Positions 1-9,477 of a DNA stretch of 60,962 nt are shown in pieces. The translations under genes and the position numbers were made by a program. The stretch comes from a virus. Lineage: Duplodnaviria > Caudoviricetes. How positions within the stretch are numbered: position 1 is the stretch's first letter; each line of letters starts with the position of its first letter. Below the pieces are notes generated by a model, which was not told where the DNA came from, did not search any database, and saw nothing but the letters and a program-made list of their open reading frames with translations. The stretch lies in the IMG/VR virus record IMGVR_UViG_3300045922_000164, positions 1-60,962 of that record. One strand, given 5' to 3'.

Positions 1-249
1 CTACTCTCCCGGCCGGCGCTGCTGGATCACCGTGATCACCAGCTCACGCAGAGACCGGATTTCGGTCATCAGTTGCGTGAACTGCGAGTCGCTGTGATCA
101 CGGCGAACGTACGTCTCGCTGACGTGACGCTCGAAGTTCGACAGCGAATCACGGTTGCGGAGGACCTGAGCCCATATCGCTGTCGCGACTCCTGACAAGA
201 CGATCCACAGCCCTGAGAGGACTGCCAAAGCTAGGTCTCTCCATTCCAC
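1..249 (-). CDS. Small membrane protein, holin-like (one N-terminal TM helix plus coiled tail)
   Basis: GTG start (alternatives at 252/255) after a G-rich RBS; LALAVLSGLWIVLSGVATAIW hydrophobic stretch; lies after the fibre cassette. Confidence 0.5.
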   Translation of the reverse strand: MEWRDLALAVLSGLWIVLSGVATAIWAQVLRNRDSLSNFERHVSETYVRRDHSDSQFTQLMTEIRSLRELVITVIQQRRPGE

Positions 250-265
250 CACCACACCCCCTACG

Positions 266-436
266 TTACGCGGCCTCGGGCTCGCCATCGTTCGTCTCGG
301 GCTTCTTCTCGGCAGCCTGCGCAACGAGCTGAGCCACGTAAGCTCGCAGCGCGAGCACTTCGCCCGTCAGGCGGCTGATCTCCGCGTTCAGCGTTTCGAT
401 GATGAACTTCGGTTCGAGATTGACTTGGTTCTGCAT
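266..436 (-). CDS. 56-aa hypothetical coiled-coil protein (MQNQVNLEPKFIIETLNAEISRL...)
   Basis: Manually translated, below the ORF-track cutoff; AGGAG RBS upstream of ATG at 436, stop at 266-268. Confidence 0.6.
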   Translation of the reverse strand: MQNQVNLEPKFIIETLNAEISRLTGEVLALRAYVAQLVAQAAEKKPETNDGEPEAA

Positions 437-458
437 GGTTGATCTCCTGTGGTTGGGT

Positions 459-483
459 GGGCCAGCCCAATGCGGGCTGGCCC
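459..483. other. Hairpin GGGCCAGCCC-aatgc-GGGCTGGCCC (possible terminator or processing stem)
   Basis: Perfect 10-bp arms, intergenic. Confidence 0.45.
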
Positions 484-2040
484 GGTCATTTTACTACGTC
501 GCGCCTGTCACGGTGATTGTGTCGCCCATGCTTGCTTAGATGAGGTGTTCGGCCTCGATCTGGTAGGTTCCGCTTGAGGCGACCGTATTACCGCCATCAA
601 GAGAGATTTCCATCAGAAGCGTCGAATTCAATACCGTTCCCGGGGTTGAAGCCGTAATTCCCCACTGCCGGGTCGTATTCAATTGCAGCCACGTGTTTAA
701 CGTACCTGACGGCGTAGCTCCGGATTGAAGGGTTGCCCTGACGTAGGCGTTCGGGTTCGAACCTTTCGTCCACCAGCGATGTTGAAAGAAGGTTCCTTGT
801 CCAGTGACTACCGTGTTAACGGTTCCGTCTGACGCAAACTGAAGGGTCACCGTTATGGCCGAGCCGGAGGAGTATTGGAAGAATCCGCCCGGCAGCGGGA
901 CGACAAGCCTCCCCCCGGACGGGGCCATCATCATGTTCATCATCCCCATTACGTCACGTCTCCCATAACGATCGCTTCGGTCGCGCTGTTGAACCAGATG
1001 GTCGCCATCCCGCGCGCTGCCAGCGTTCGGTTGCCGGTGTTAGACGTACCGGATTGCCGCAGCGTCAGGCCGGAGCCCTGCGTGAGCGTGATCGACGATG
1101 CGCTGTCGTTGTAGATGCTGAAGCTGTCGCCGGCAGCGTACGTATTGGCCGGGATCGTCACACCAGCAGTGACAGCGATGCACCGAGCGACTTTCGCGGT
1201 GTCCAGGGTGGTGTCGGTTGTTCTCGGAACACGACGGAAGCCGATTTCGTTATATCCCGCATCACTGGACGTATAACATTTTCCGTCTGTGTCTAGGAAT
1301 AGGCGCCCGACGTTATTTTGGAACAAACTAAATTGGTAATTATTTGAAACACCAATATACACAACATTACTAAATACGTGCCACGAATAGTTTGGGCCAG
1401 CGGTATTAAAAAAATAAAAACTGCCGTTATCTAACAATTCGGCAATTACGTATTCCAATCCGCTCACTCGTCTGCCGAACTGTAGCTTCCAACCCGTGTT
1501 ATCGCCGAACAGAATCCTGCCTGCTACAGGTGACGAGTAACCCGCCGCAATGGCGACGTTGTTCGAGGTAACCGTAGCTGGTAGACCTGTGGTGCTATTC
1601 ACCAGTATGCTGCCGCCGCTGGTGAATCCGCCGTTGATCGTGTGAGTGCCGGATGTGGGGGACGAAATCGTTACTTGACGGTTGTTGTTGGCGGAGATGA
1701 CACTGGTGTTGTTGACGTAAAAATTCCAGCCAGTAATGGTTGCCCCGCTACGGATAAGCTCAATTGCTGGCTGTGATGAGCTAAAATCATCAGTATATGC
1801 TCTTATATGAAAATTGCCGCCGATCGTAATTATATACCATGTTTTTGTGTCAACAGTTTGGTCTGGTGTTCTTATTTCAATTCCGCTAAAAGTGTCTCTA
1901 AATACACGAAAGTAGTCTCCACTGATTCCGTTTGTCCAGACACCATCTCCACGAAGGAACGTCGCGGCGTTGGCAGTCCCGCTACCAAGCCTCGCCGTCG
2001 GTACCGTACCGCTCGCGAGATTGGAGGCGTTCAGGTTGGT
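475..2040. repeat. Copy 1 of a ~1.55-kb duplicated tail-fibre cassette (copy 2 at ~58725-60295)
   Basis: 1493-1997 reads identical to 59746-60250; flanks are similar with variable patches. Confidence 0.95.
536..949 (-). CDS. Tail-fibre-associated small protein (putative distal tip/adhesin), copy 1
   Basis: 137 aa, translationally coupled to the fibre gene; paralogue at 58786-59199. Confidence 0.7.
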   Translation of the reverse strand: MGMMNMMMAPSGGRLVVPLPGGFFQYSSGSAITVTLQFASDGTVNTVVTGQGTFFQHRWWTKGSNPNAYVRATLQSGATPSGTLNTWLQLNTTRQWGITASTPGTVLNSTLLMEISLDGGNTVASSGTYQIEAEHLI

Positions 2041-2364
2041 GATGGCGGAGCCGTTACCTGAGAACGTCCCCGAGAACGTCCCCGACACTGTTCCGGAGAA
2101 GGAGGCTGAGGTTCCGGAGAGCGCTCCAGTAAGAGTGCCCCCGGAGAGCTTGAGGTAGCCGAGCGGCATCTCGACCCAGCTCGACCCATTCCATCTATCG
2201 AAGAACGTGGTCCCGGCGTTGTACCGCTTCGCCCCGGTAGGAACCGTCCCAGACAGGGTTTCACCTTCCAGCAGCTTCGAGAGGGCGGAAACGTGGTCCC
2301 TGACGTACGAGAGGACGGACGCGTACGCGGTGGTGGTTTGCGGTTGGTCGAAGTTGATCGGCAT
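949..2364 (-). CDS. Tail fibre protein 1
   Basis: Gly/Ser/Thr-rich, YLKLSGGTLTG and ATFLRGDG fibre motifs, position after tail genes. Confidence 0.85.
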   Translation of the reverse strand: MPINFDQPQTTTAYASVLSYVRDHVSALSKLLEGETLSGTVPTGAKRYNAGTTFFDRWNGSSWVEMPLGYLKLSGGTLTGALSGTSASFSGTVSGTFSGTFSGNGSAITNLNASNLASGTVPTARLGSGTANAATFLRGDGVWTNGISGDYFRVFRDTFSGIEIRTPDQTVDTKTWYIITIGGNFHIRAYTDDFSSSQPAIELIRSGATITGWNFYVNNTSVISANNNRQVTISSPTSGTHTINGGFTSGGSILVNSTTGLPATVTSNNVAIAAGYSSPVAGRILFGDNTGWKLQFGRRVSGLEYVIAELLDNGSFYFFNTAGPNYSWHVFSNVVYIGVSNNYQFSLFQNNVGRLFLDTDGKCYTSSDAGYNEIGFRRVPRTTDTTLDTAKVARCIAVTAGVTIPANTYAAGDSFSIYNDSASSITLTQGSGLTLRQSGTSNTGNRTLAARGMATIWFNSATEAIVMGDVT

Positions 2365-4649
2365 CAGACACCTACACCTTGCCAGCTAACCGTGCCAGTC
2401 GTCTGGGCTCCGTTCTGGTCGAACAGGTAGACCACGAACGACAGAGGGTACGGAGCATCCACAAAGTCTACTACCGGGATCTTCGGAGTGGTACCGGATG
2501 CTTGGACCAGGGGAGGCCCGAACAGGTCCACGAAGTAGGCGACCCCGAACCGGTAGGTCCCGCCGGATGATCCTTGGGTGGTGACCTGATTCAGCGTCAC
2601 CTGATTCGTTCCGATCGCGGTGATGACGGTCCCACCCTGAATCCCAGGTCCCTCGACAGACATCCCGACAGCTAGGTTGGTCGTGGAGATCGAGGTGATC
2701 GTGTTCTGGCCTGATGTGTTGTTCCCGGTTTTCACGAACTCGTTTCCGTCTGCCGTCAGGACGAACCTAGTCCCACCAACGCCAACGTTCCCGTAACCGC
2801 TCAGTCTCTTTTGCTTGGTGTTCAGCCTGACGTTCAGAGCTGACAGCGTGATGATGTCGCGGTCTGTGGTTGGTGATGCGTTGAACCTCACCCTGACGTA
2901 CCTGAACCCGGAGGGGACGAAGTACGAGTCACCTGTGAACGGACCAGTGTACGGATCTCCGATGTTGACCTTGTAGCTAATCTCGATGAAGTAAGAGGGT
3001 GATCCTGCGACCACAGAGTACGTCGGGGTGACGTTGATGGTGGTCGATGGGACCACAGCACCGTAATCGATCTCGATCTCGTAGTATCCAGAGCTTGGTG
3101 TTGGCTGGATGTAGATCGGGTAGTTGGCGTTGATCTGGTCTTGAGGTGACCCCCACGATCTCGACGTGAAGTGCTGTGCCCACGTCTCACTTGTGTTAAC
3201 CGGGAGGACGATTTTCTCAATCTCCCTGATCGCACTCGAAAGTGTCCCGACCGTCATTAGGCTGACGTTCAGGTCGCTGTAGAGAACGTAGTCGGGTGGC
3301 TGGTTGACGAACGCGGTCACGCTTCTTGCCTGACCAACGTTCCCTGCTGTATCTCTTGCCCTCACCCAGTAGGTGTAGGTCCCGGCGGCCTGCTCGAATA
3401 CCGTCGTGAACAGCCCGCTCTTGTCCCCAATCTGGCTTGCTGTGGGGAGGGTGTTGCCCTTCAGGATCTCGTAGGTCTCAATCGGCAGAGACCCAGTCGT
3501 TGGGGGCTGCCACCGCAGGAGGACGTTGTTGTCGATCACCTCAGAGGTGAGGCTAGCCACCATCCCTGGGGCCTGAACGGAGACATCGTAGAAAGATGGC
3601 GTCCCGAAGTTCCCTGCCACATCGACAGGCGTGACCCAGAACCTCTGATCACCGAGCCAGTCGGCCTTGATCTGGTGGTTTCTGGTGTACTCGTTGCCGA
3701 TCACGACGGCAGACGAGTACGTGGATCCACGACGGATCTCGTAGCGATCGATGGCAAACGATCCAGAACTCTCACTCCACGAGAGAATCAGGTTGGATCC
3801 AACGAACTGCGCCGAGATCGTGACATGGATCGGTGCGGAGATGACGACATCGACGGAGGCTGCTGTCCCAGAGTAGAAGCCGTAGATGTCTTTCGCTCTG
3901 ACCCAGAACCGGTATGTCCCGGCAACTTGGACCGGGTAGTTGAAGTAGGTCGTCTTGTGAAGGCCGAGGCTCTGAGCTGTCGCGTAGACGTTCCCGAGCC
4001 TGATCTCGTACCCGTCCAGATCCTCCTCGACGACCGGGTTCCACCTGAGCGTGATGACGAACTTGTCCAGGGAGTACGTCAGGTTCGTCACATCCCCAGG
4101 CTGCTTGCTGTCTGAAGTCCCGGAGATCGAGTTGAACGGCCCCTTCAGGTCGCTCTTGTTGATGAACCTGATCCAGTAGTAGACCCCAACACCACTGACG
4201 AACCCGTCCTCGTAGAACGATACGGTTGGGACGCTCGCGATCGCTGTCGCCAGAGAAAGGCTGTCGGAGGTATGCCTCCAGATCTCGGTGAACTGGTGGC
4301 CCTCGTAGGTTGGGGCATTCCACTCCAGACGCATCGCGTACGGCAGCCGCGTCACCGTAAGCCCCGTGGGGGCCGGCGGCGTCTGTAGGGTGGGCTCAGA
4401 AGGGGGATCGATCAGGCGGCCGGACACCTTCGGTGCCCTGACCGCGATCTTTGACTCGATGAGATCCCTGAAGGTGACAGCGCTGTCGAGGAGGGAGTCG
4501 TTGGTCTTCGCAACGTCGCCAGTCAGGACACCGATAGCCTCCGAGACCTTCTTCGCCCACCTGATGATCGTGCTGCTGTCGGTGGACTTGAGGTCGTCTA
4601 CGACCGGTCGGATGATCGGCCTGTCTCTCTTGACAACATCATCCGCCAC
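2364..4649 (-). CDS. Tail protein with fibronectin-III-like repeats (host-specificity/fibre attachment)
   Basis: Repeated L.W...D.YEIR.G and Y.FWVRA.D..GN FN3-like motifs. Confidence 0.75.
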   Translation of the reverse strand: MADDVVKRDRPIIRPVVDDLKSTDSSTIIRWAKKVSEAIGVLTGDVAKTNDSLLDSAVTFRDLIESKIAVRAPKVSGRLIDPPSEPTLQTPPAPTGLTVTRLPYAMRLEWNAPTYEGHQFTEIWRHTSDSLSLATAIASVPTVSFYEDGFVSGVGVYYWIRFINKSDLKGPFNSISGTSDSKQPGDVTNLTYSLDKFVITLRWNPVVEEDLDGYEIRLGNVYATAQSLGLHKTTYFNYPVQVAGTYRFWVRAKDIYGFYSGTAASVDVVISAPIHVTISAQFVGSNLILSWSESSGSFAIDRYEIRRGSTYSSAVVIGNEYTRNHQIKADWLGDQRFWVTPVDVAGNFGTPSFYDVSVQAPGMVASLTSEVIDNNVLLRWQPPTTGSLPIETYEILKGNTLPTASQIGDKSGLFTTVFEQAAGTYTYWVRARDTAGNVGQARSVTAFVNQPPDYVLYSDLNVSLMTVGTLSSAIREIEKIVLPVNTSETWAQHFTSRSWGSPQDQINANYPIYIQPTPSSGYYEIEIDYGAVVPSTTINVTPTYSVVAGSPSYFIEISYKVNIGDPYTGPFTGDSYFVPSGFRYVRVRFNASPTTDRDIITLSALNVRLNTKQKRLSGYGNVGVGGTRFVLTADGNEFVKTGNNTSGQNTITSISTTNLAVGMSVEGPGIQGGTVITAIGTNQVTLNQVTTQGSSGGTYRFGVAYFVDLFGPPLVQASGTTPKIPVVDFVDAPYPLSFVVYLFDQNGAQTTGTVSWQGVGV

Positions 4650-6297
4650 GGAACTCCCTCGTGTCGTTGGCGATCATCACCCGGGTCACCGTCACGTTCC
4701 CCTCAAGCTCGATCTCCCACCTCCTGCTTCTGAATCCAGAAGGCATCGAGAACTCAGCGTGATCTGTCACGGTTCTCGTGTGGCGAAGAAGCATCTGCCC
4801 GAAGGTTGGCGATGTCTTCACGTCGTCCGACGAGTAGACACGGATCGTCACAGGATAGGACTTCGCAGCGATCTTGCCCCACGAGTAGTTGATCCCTGGC
4901 TCGATCTCGTACTGCCTGCTCCTCCAGCGGTAGGTGTAAAGGGTGGTCTGGCCCTCGAACTTCACGATCTGCTTGTTCGGGAGGACGAGGAAGAGGGCAT
5001 CCCGTACGGGATCCGTGTACCCGGCCTCAGCCCACAGAGAGAGGAAGGAAAGAGGCTGAAGCTCAGCCTTCGGGTCGAAGATGAAACCCTGCTTCACACC
5101 GTTGTCGAAGAAGCAGACATACCTACCATTCCACGTGTAGGCGTGCATGGAGGCTGGGTTCAGCGATTGCCAGTACGACCTCTCGATCAGAGCCTCCGTG
5201 ACGAGCCTCGCCCCGGATGCGTCGACGGCGACGAGCCCGTTGTTGGAGGCGTACACCACGCCCCACCCCATCTCAACAATCGACCTCCTTGCGACGCACG
5301 CTTCATTGATGTCGAGGTTCTGGACGGTCATGTTGTCCGGGGAAGAACCCCAGATGATGGACGGCTTGCCGTTGGTGCAGATGACAGCGGTGTTCCCGAA
5401 GACGCCGATGCCCACCACAGGGTAGGGGACCGTCAGCACGTACTTCGACGGCCAAGCGTACGGCTTGAACGGCTCACAGAAGTAGATGTCGTTACCGACC
5501 GCTCCGATGATGATCCCGTTGGGCATGTTCCTGATGAAGCTCAGCCCAGCCGGAGGCATCTCGTAGTCGAGCGTGTTCAGGGTTCTCCCGAGGCTGCTTG
5601 AGGAAACGTTGTCGGCGAACGAGTTTGCGGTAGATGTGATCTCTGCGACGAACTGGTAGTCGGTGCCGGAGGAGGCCCCGAGGACAGTCCTGTAAATCCT
5701 GCGGCGGTTGATGTTGTGGTCAGATGGGGCGCTGTCGAAGAATGACAGGTTCACCGTCTGCCCGGGGATCACGTTGATCTCGAACGGGGGGCTTGGCTGA
5801 CCCTCCTCCCCATCTTCAGAGACGTACGTGTAGACGTAGGCGCGCGTCTCTATTGATCCCGACCCAGAACCGGACGCAGAACCAGAGCACGCGGTAGCTG
5901 GAGCGGGGATGCCGAGCTTCCTGCTCGCAATCGGGTAGTTCGTTCCGCCGCCGGTCAACGCCAGCGTGGAGTTGGTCCACCTCGGGTGGCCGAAGGCTGA
6001 GTCGCCGGTGAAGTAGGTCTTCTCTGCGGTGTCCCCGAAGATCTGACCCTTCACCACATCGACGACATCACTCCAGTGAAACCAATACTGAGTCTCGTCT
6101 GTGACGTTCTGCCCGAACCTGTAGATCGTCTTCGGGACTGGTGCCTTCGTCGTCGTCCAGACGTAGGAAGGCTGACGAAGGCCGCGAAGCGTTCCGTTGG
6201 AGAGAAAGCAGTCGACGGCAACCTGCGCCCCATGTGGGGGAAGGTTGACCGGATCGAGCTTCGGGTAGACGCCCCCGATAACCCTGATGTCGATCAT
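4639..6297 (-). CDS. Tail nozzle / stabilisation protein (beta-propeller-like)
   Basis: 552 aa beta-rich, FCEPFKPYAWP motif, podoviral gene order after the adaptor. Confidence 0.7.
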   Translation of the reverse strand: MIDIRVIGGVYPKLDPVNLPPHGAQVAVDCFLSNGTLRGLRQPSYVWTTTKAPVPKTIYRFGQNVTDETQYWFHWSDVVDVVKGQIFGDTAEKTYFTGDSAFGHPRWTNSTLALTGGGTNYPIASRKLGIPAPATACSGSASGSGSGSIETRAYVYTYVSEDGEEGQPSPPFEINVIPGQTVNLSFFDSAPSDHNINRRRIYRTVLGASSGTDYQFVAEITSTANSFADNVSSSSLGRTLNTLDYEMPPAGLSFIRNMPNGIIIGAVGNDIYFCEPFKPYAWPSKYVLTVPYPVVGIGVFGNTAVICTNGKPSIIWGSSPDNMTVQNLDINEACVARRSIVEMGWGVVYASNNGLVAVDASGARLVTEALIERSYWQSLNPASMHAYTWNGRYVCFFDNGVKQGFIFDPKAELQPLSFLSLWAEAGYTDPVRDALFLVLPNKQIVKFEGQTTLYTYRWRSRQYEIEPGINYSWGKIAAKSYPVTIRVYSSDDVKTSPTFGQMLLRHTRTVTDHAEFSMPSGFRSRRWEIELEGNVTVTRVMIANDTREFRGG

Positions 6298-6935
6298 CAG
6301 TTGTTAACTGGCTTCGTCTCAAGTTTGCCGGCCCTCTTCATGTCGCCGAGTTGGGCTGCCTCGATGGCACGCTCGAAGAGCGCACTGTAGCCTGTCGCGA
6401 GGTTCGGGTCGAACCAGGGCGCGCCCTTCATCGCCATGAGGCGGGCTTTCGCTCCGTGGCTGATTGACTCGCCCCACTTCTCGAAGATGAAGTCATCGAA
6501 CCCGGGAGCGCTCCTCTTCGGGGCGCGAAGGAATCTGGCCCTCAGTACCCCAGTTTGGGTGGTCGCCGGATTCGGAGCAACCCAGAACTTCCCGTCGTTC
6601 TCGACGGTCCAGTATTGAGGGGTACCAACCTGCGTCTTCCAGTCGGTAAACTCCCTCTCGATGAGCCACCCTGCTCTGTAGGTCAGCGGCTTGCCCTGAT
6701 AGTGGATCGCTTCGATGCGAACAAGACGGTTGTCGGTGCCGATCTCTGCGGTTGGGATCGACTGCTCTACCCCACCACCGGTGAGATCGAACGGTGCTGA
6801 TGTCTTTCGCATCAGCCCGCCGCGTGCGATGAAGTCGATGGCGGCGAGCTTGATGTGGTGCTCGACGAGTGACTGAGGGGGGTTCCCCTTCAGCTCGTAG
6901 AGGACATCGGGAACGAGATCTGCCCAGACTGCCAT
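6297..6935 (-). CDS. Head-tail adaptor / tail tubular protein A-like
   Basis: GTPQYW...WVAPNP motif, size and position. Confidence 0.7.
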   Translation of the reverse strand: MAVWADLVPDVLYELKGNPPQSLVEHHIKLAAIDFIARGGLMRKTSAPFDLTGGGVEQSIPTAEIGTDNRLVRIEAIHYQGKPLTYRAGWLIEREFTDWKTQVGTPQYWTVENDGKFWVAPNPATTQTGVLRARFLRAPKRSAPGFDDFIFEKWGESISHGAKARLMAMKGAPWFDPNLATGYSALFERAIEAAQLGDMKRAGKLETKPVNN

Positions 6936-7252
6936 CAGGTCGCTCCAGAGAACAGTTGGAAGAACGCGGCAGCGCGCTCCTGCACTGACGCGGAGTCATT
7001 TCTCCATTCCGCTCGCGCCGTCACGTAGTCTGCGAGGGGTTGCTCGTACGAATCGGGAAGCGGGATCGGGTCGGTCAGAGAATACTCGTTTGCAGGAAGC
7101 GTTATCCCGAAGAAAAGATCCGGGCGCGCCGACCGGAGAAGCTGTACAGCAACGTTGGCGTACTTCAGCAGTTGCGCGTCAGAGAACCTCGTGTTGTCAT
7201 CGTCATTGAGCGGAATCCTGGCGAGGTTGACAACATTCTGAAACGTTCTCAT
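6935..7252 (-). CDS. Putative head-completion/adaptor protein
   Basis: ARIPLND...RFSDAQLL.Y.N...RPDLF pattern typical of podoviral adaptors; coupled stop/start. Confidence 0.6.
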   Translation of the reverse strand: MRTFQNVVNLARIPLNDDDNTRFSDAQLLKYANVAVQLLRSARPDLFFGITLPANEYSLTDPIPLPDSYEQPLADYVTARAEWRNDSASVQERAAAFFQLFSGAT

Positions 7253-7255
7253 GAG

Positions 7256-7564
7256 TTACCCCTTCTTCGCCCTCTTCAGTTTGGCGACGAGCGCTCCCGT
7301 CGGCGTGTCCTCGGAGGCATCCTTCCCGAACAGACGCCTGTGCTCCGCGAGCAGCTCGTCCACCGTCATCTCGTCGTAGGAAGCTGGTGATTCCTCGAAC
7401 ACAGGTTGATCGTCAGGTGTGCGAACTGACAGGAACCAGCGCGCGTGCTCTTCGTTGTCGACGTTGCAGTAGCACGCTCCATTACCGGGGACGAACGTGT
7501 ACTCCACGCCTTCGATGACGTGCGTCACCGGAACCCTATAAGGCTCATTCAGCTTGATTCTCAT
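7256..7564 (-). CDS. Hypothetical protein in head cluster
   Basis: ORF with ATG fitting the operon. Confidence 0.65.
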   Translation of the reverse strand: MRIKLNEPYRVPVTHVIEGVEYTFVPGNGACYCNVDNEEHARWFLSVRTPDDQPVFEESPASYDEMTVDELLAEHRRLFGKDASEDTPTGALVAKLKRAKKG

Positions 7565-7570
7565 GTGGAA

Positions 7571-7598
7571 GAAGAGAGGGGGTTACCCCCCTCTCTCT
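7571..7598 (-). terminator. Probable intrinsic terminator after capsid/cement genes
   Basis: AGAGAGGGGG/CCCCCTCTCT stem directly after the stop of 7600-8028. Confidence 0.6.
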
Positions 7599-7599
7599 G

Positions 7600-8028
7600 T
7601 TACGCCGGCCGATACCAGAGCGTCATCCCGAGTTCGCCGTTACCGGTGCCTGCACCGGTGAAGACGACGCCTACAGGACGATCATTCACGTTGTCTACCG
7701 CAACACGGTCGACAGCGTTCGTCGTCCGTCGGCTGAACCCTGGGGACTGGACGTTCACGCCGGACATCCATGCGGTGCCGGAGATCGCGGTCAGCGCGCT
7801 GTTCAGGATCCCGACGTTCACGACGGCTGTCGAGCCGGTGTCGAGGTCGTCGTAATCCAGAGCGACATCGACCGGAACGCACCCAGCCGGCAGGAAGCCG
7901 AGAGCCAGAACATCGTTCGCCGCCATCGCGGGGACGGTGATGTTGAGGCGGATCGCCACAACGCCAGAGTCCGATGGCGTCGGCATCGGCTTGAGCCCTT
8001 TGGCGTAATCGTTGAGGTAGGTTGCCAT
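7600..8028 (-). CDS. Capsid cement/decoration protein
   Basis: 142 aa beta-rich, immediately after the MCP, shares a 17-nt RBS region with the MCP. Confidence 0.65.
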   Translation of the reverse strand: MATYLNDYAKGLKPMPTPSDSGVVAIRLNITVPAMAANDVLALGFLPAGCVPVDVALDYDDLDTGSTAVVNVGILNSALTAISGTAWMSGVNVQSPGFSRRTTNAVDRVAVDNVNDRPVGVVFTGAGTGNGELGMTLWYRPA

Positions 8029-8046
8029 AGCGTTCTCCTGTTCAGA

Positions 8047-9204
8047 TTAGTTCGGGTTCGCGGCAGCCGTATCGAGCGCGATGACACCGAAGTCGGCGTC
8101 AACGCCAGCGATCGTGAAGCGGGTCTTGCGGATGCCGAAGATCGAGGAGGTGCTGATGACAGCCATGTTCCCGTTGTCGCGGGACTCCTCGTGCCAGTCG
8201 AACCGCAGACCGGTCCCCGGCGACCCGAACGCGATCACGGCAGCCTGACGCCCCATGAAGAGGGCACGAGCCACGTTGACGGAGCCGGCGCCGCCGTCGG
8301 TGCGACGCAACACACCACGGTGCTTGTGCAGGATCACGTCGTTGTACATCCCGAGGCCGCCGCGGAAGATCGGGCTGTTCCGCCCTTCAGCACCGGCGGC
8401 CGCCTTCTGGATGTCCAGCCATTGGCCGGTCGACGTGTTCGCGCGCAGATCGAACTCCTGCCACGGGTGCATCACGATCACGTAGTGGTCGGCCCCCTCG
8501 ATCTTGATCGGCTCGATGGCGGGGATACCACTCGAACCTCCGCCCATCGTCGATGCGCGAGCGACCGCGCGATCGATCAGGGCGAGATCGAACTTGTGGT
8601 TCGCCGTCAGCGATCCGAACGATGTCGCTGGGACGCCGGACGCGGCACCGAACATCCAGTGATTCGAGTCGGGCGTGAAGAACGGGTTGTTCGCGAACCC
8701 GACGTAACCGTTCTGGAAGATGTAGTCGGTGTTGGCGAAGGTCGCCGCGCCCGAGGTGCCCGTGGTGCGGAAGCCGCCCGACAGGTACAGGAAGAACAGC
8801 TCGTCGAAGAGGCGAGCCCACCACTCACCCTGGCGAGCGCGAGCGATCCGACGCAGGTCGTGGATCGTCCGCTTGCGCGTCATCCGGCCGCCGGTGTTGA
8901 CGCCACCGCGAGCCTGATCGATGTACAGGGAGTCGGTGTAGAGCTTCAGATCCTCCTCTTTGCCTTCGAGGATGTTGTCACCCTCTACCGGCTGCATGCG
9001 AAGCTGCATGACCAGATCGTACGAGATCTGCTCACCAGCTTCACTTTCGAGGTGCGGAAGCATCTGGATGGGCGTCTGCGCCTCGACGCCAACGCCCATG
9101 AAGTTGCGGCTGAAGTAGGAAGTGCGTCCAACGTCGACAGCGAGGAATGCGCTGTAACGCTTGACGGCTTTCGGGTCGTTGAGACCAATGATCGTGCGTG
9201 CCAT
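8047..9204 (-). CDS. Major capsid protein, N4-gp56-like family
   Basis: LEGKEEDL, MTRKRTIHDLR, VMHPWQEFDLR, RNSPIFRGGLGMY motifs; AGGAG RBS. Confidence 0.9.
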   Translation of the reverse strand: MARTIIGLNDPKAVKRYSAFLAVDVGRTSYFSRNFMGVGVEAQTPIQMLPHLESEAGEQISYDLVMQLRMQPVEGDNILEGKEEDLKLYTDSLYIDQARGGVNTGGRMTRKRTIHDLRRIARARQGEWWARLFDELFFLYLSGGFRTTGTSGAATFANTDYIFQNGYVGFANNPFFTPDSNHWMFGAASGVPATSFGSLTANHKFDLALIDRAVARASTMGGGSSGIPAIEPIKIEGADHYVIVMHPWQEFDLRANTSTGQWLDIQKAAAGAEGRNSPIFRGGLGMYNDVILHKHRGVLRRTDGGAGSVNVARALFMGRQAAVIAFGSPGTGLRFDWHEESRDNGNMAVISTSSIFGIRKTRFTIAGVDADFGVIALDTAAANPN

Positions 9205-9257
9205 AGCGTTCTCCTAGGAGTTACACACGGCGCGCACTCTTGCGCGTGCCACCAAAG

Positions 9258-9449
9258 TCAAGACCGGAGCACGCCTTTCGCGGCCTCAGCCGCTCCAGAC
9301 GGAGGCTTCGGAGGCGGCACCACATTCACCGAAGGTGGTGCCACGATCCTCAACCTTGCCCTTCGTCCAGACTTCTCCTGTAAGGATACAGAAGTCTTGT
9401 CGATTTGCAAGGTCTGACCGACATCAAGGTCGACGTGGATGGTTTTCAC
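9258..9449 (-). CDS. CsrA/RsmA-like small protein
   Basis: LDVGQTLQID..VSLQEKSGRRARLRIVAPPSVNV resembles the CsrA pattern (GESI.I...V.V....G..VRIGI.AP..V); GTG start assumed. Confidence 0.5.
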   Translation of the reverse strand: MKTIHVDLDVGQTLQIDKTSVSLQEKSGRRARLRIVAPPSVNVVPPPKPPSGAAEAAKGVLRS

Positions 9450-9477
9450 AGAAAACGCGGCGCGGAAGCCCTCGACT

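Noticed and set aside
475-2040. Direct terminal repeats or attL/attR of a prophage
   Set aside because: The copies have diverged patches and lie within fibre genes; flanks are phage genes, not host genes; no integrase is seen.
4366-5601. Long opposite-strand ORFs (also 8191-9417, 20109-21326, 39719-40822, 44317-45603, 49957-51501)
   Set aside because: Antisense shadows of high-GC genes with strong codon bias; no motifs or RBS.
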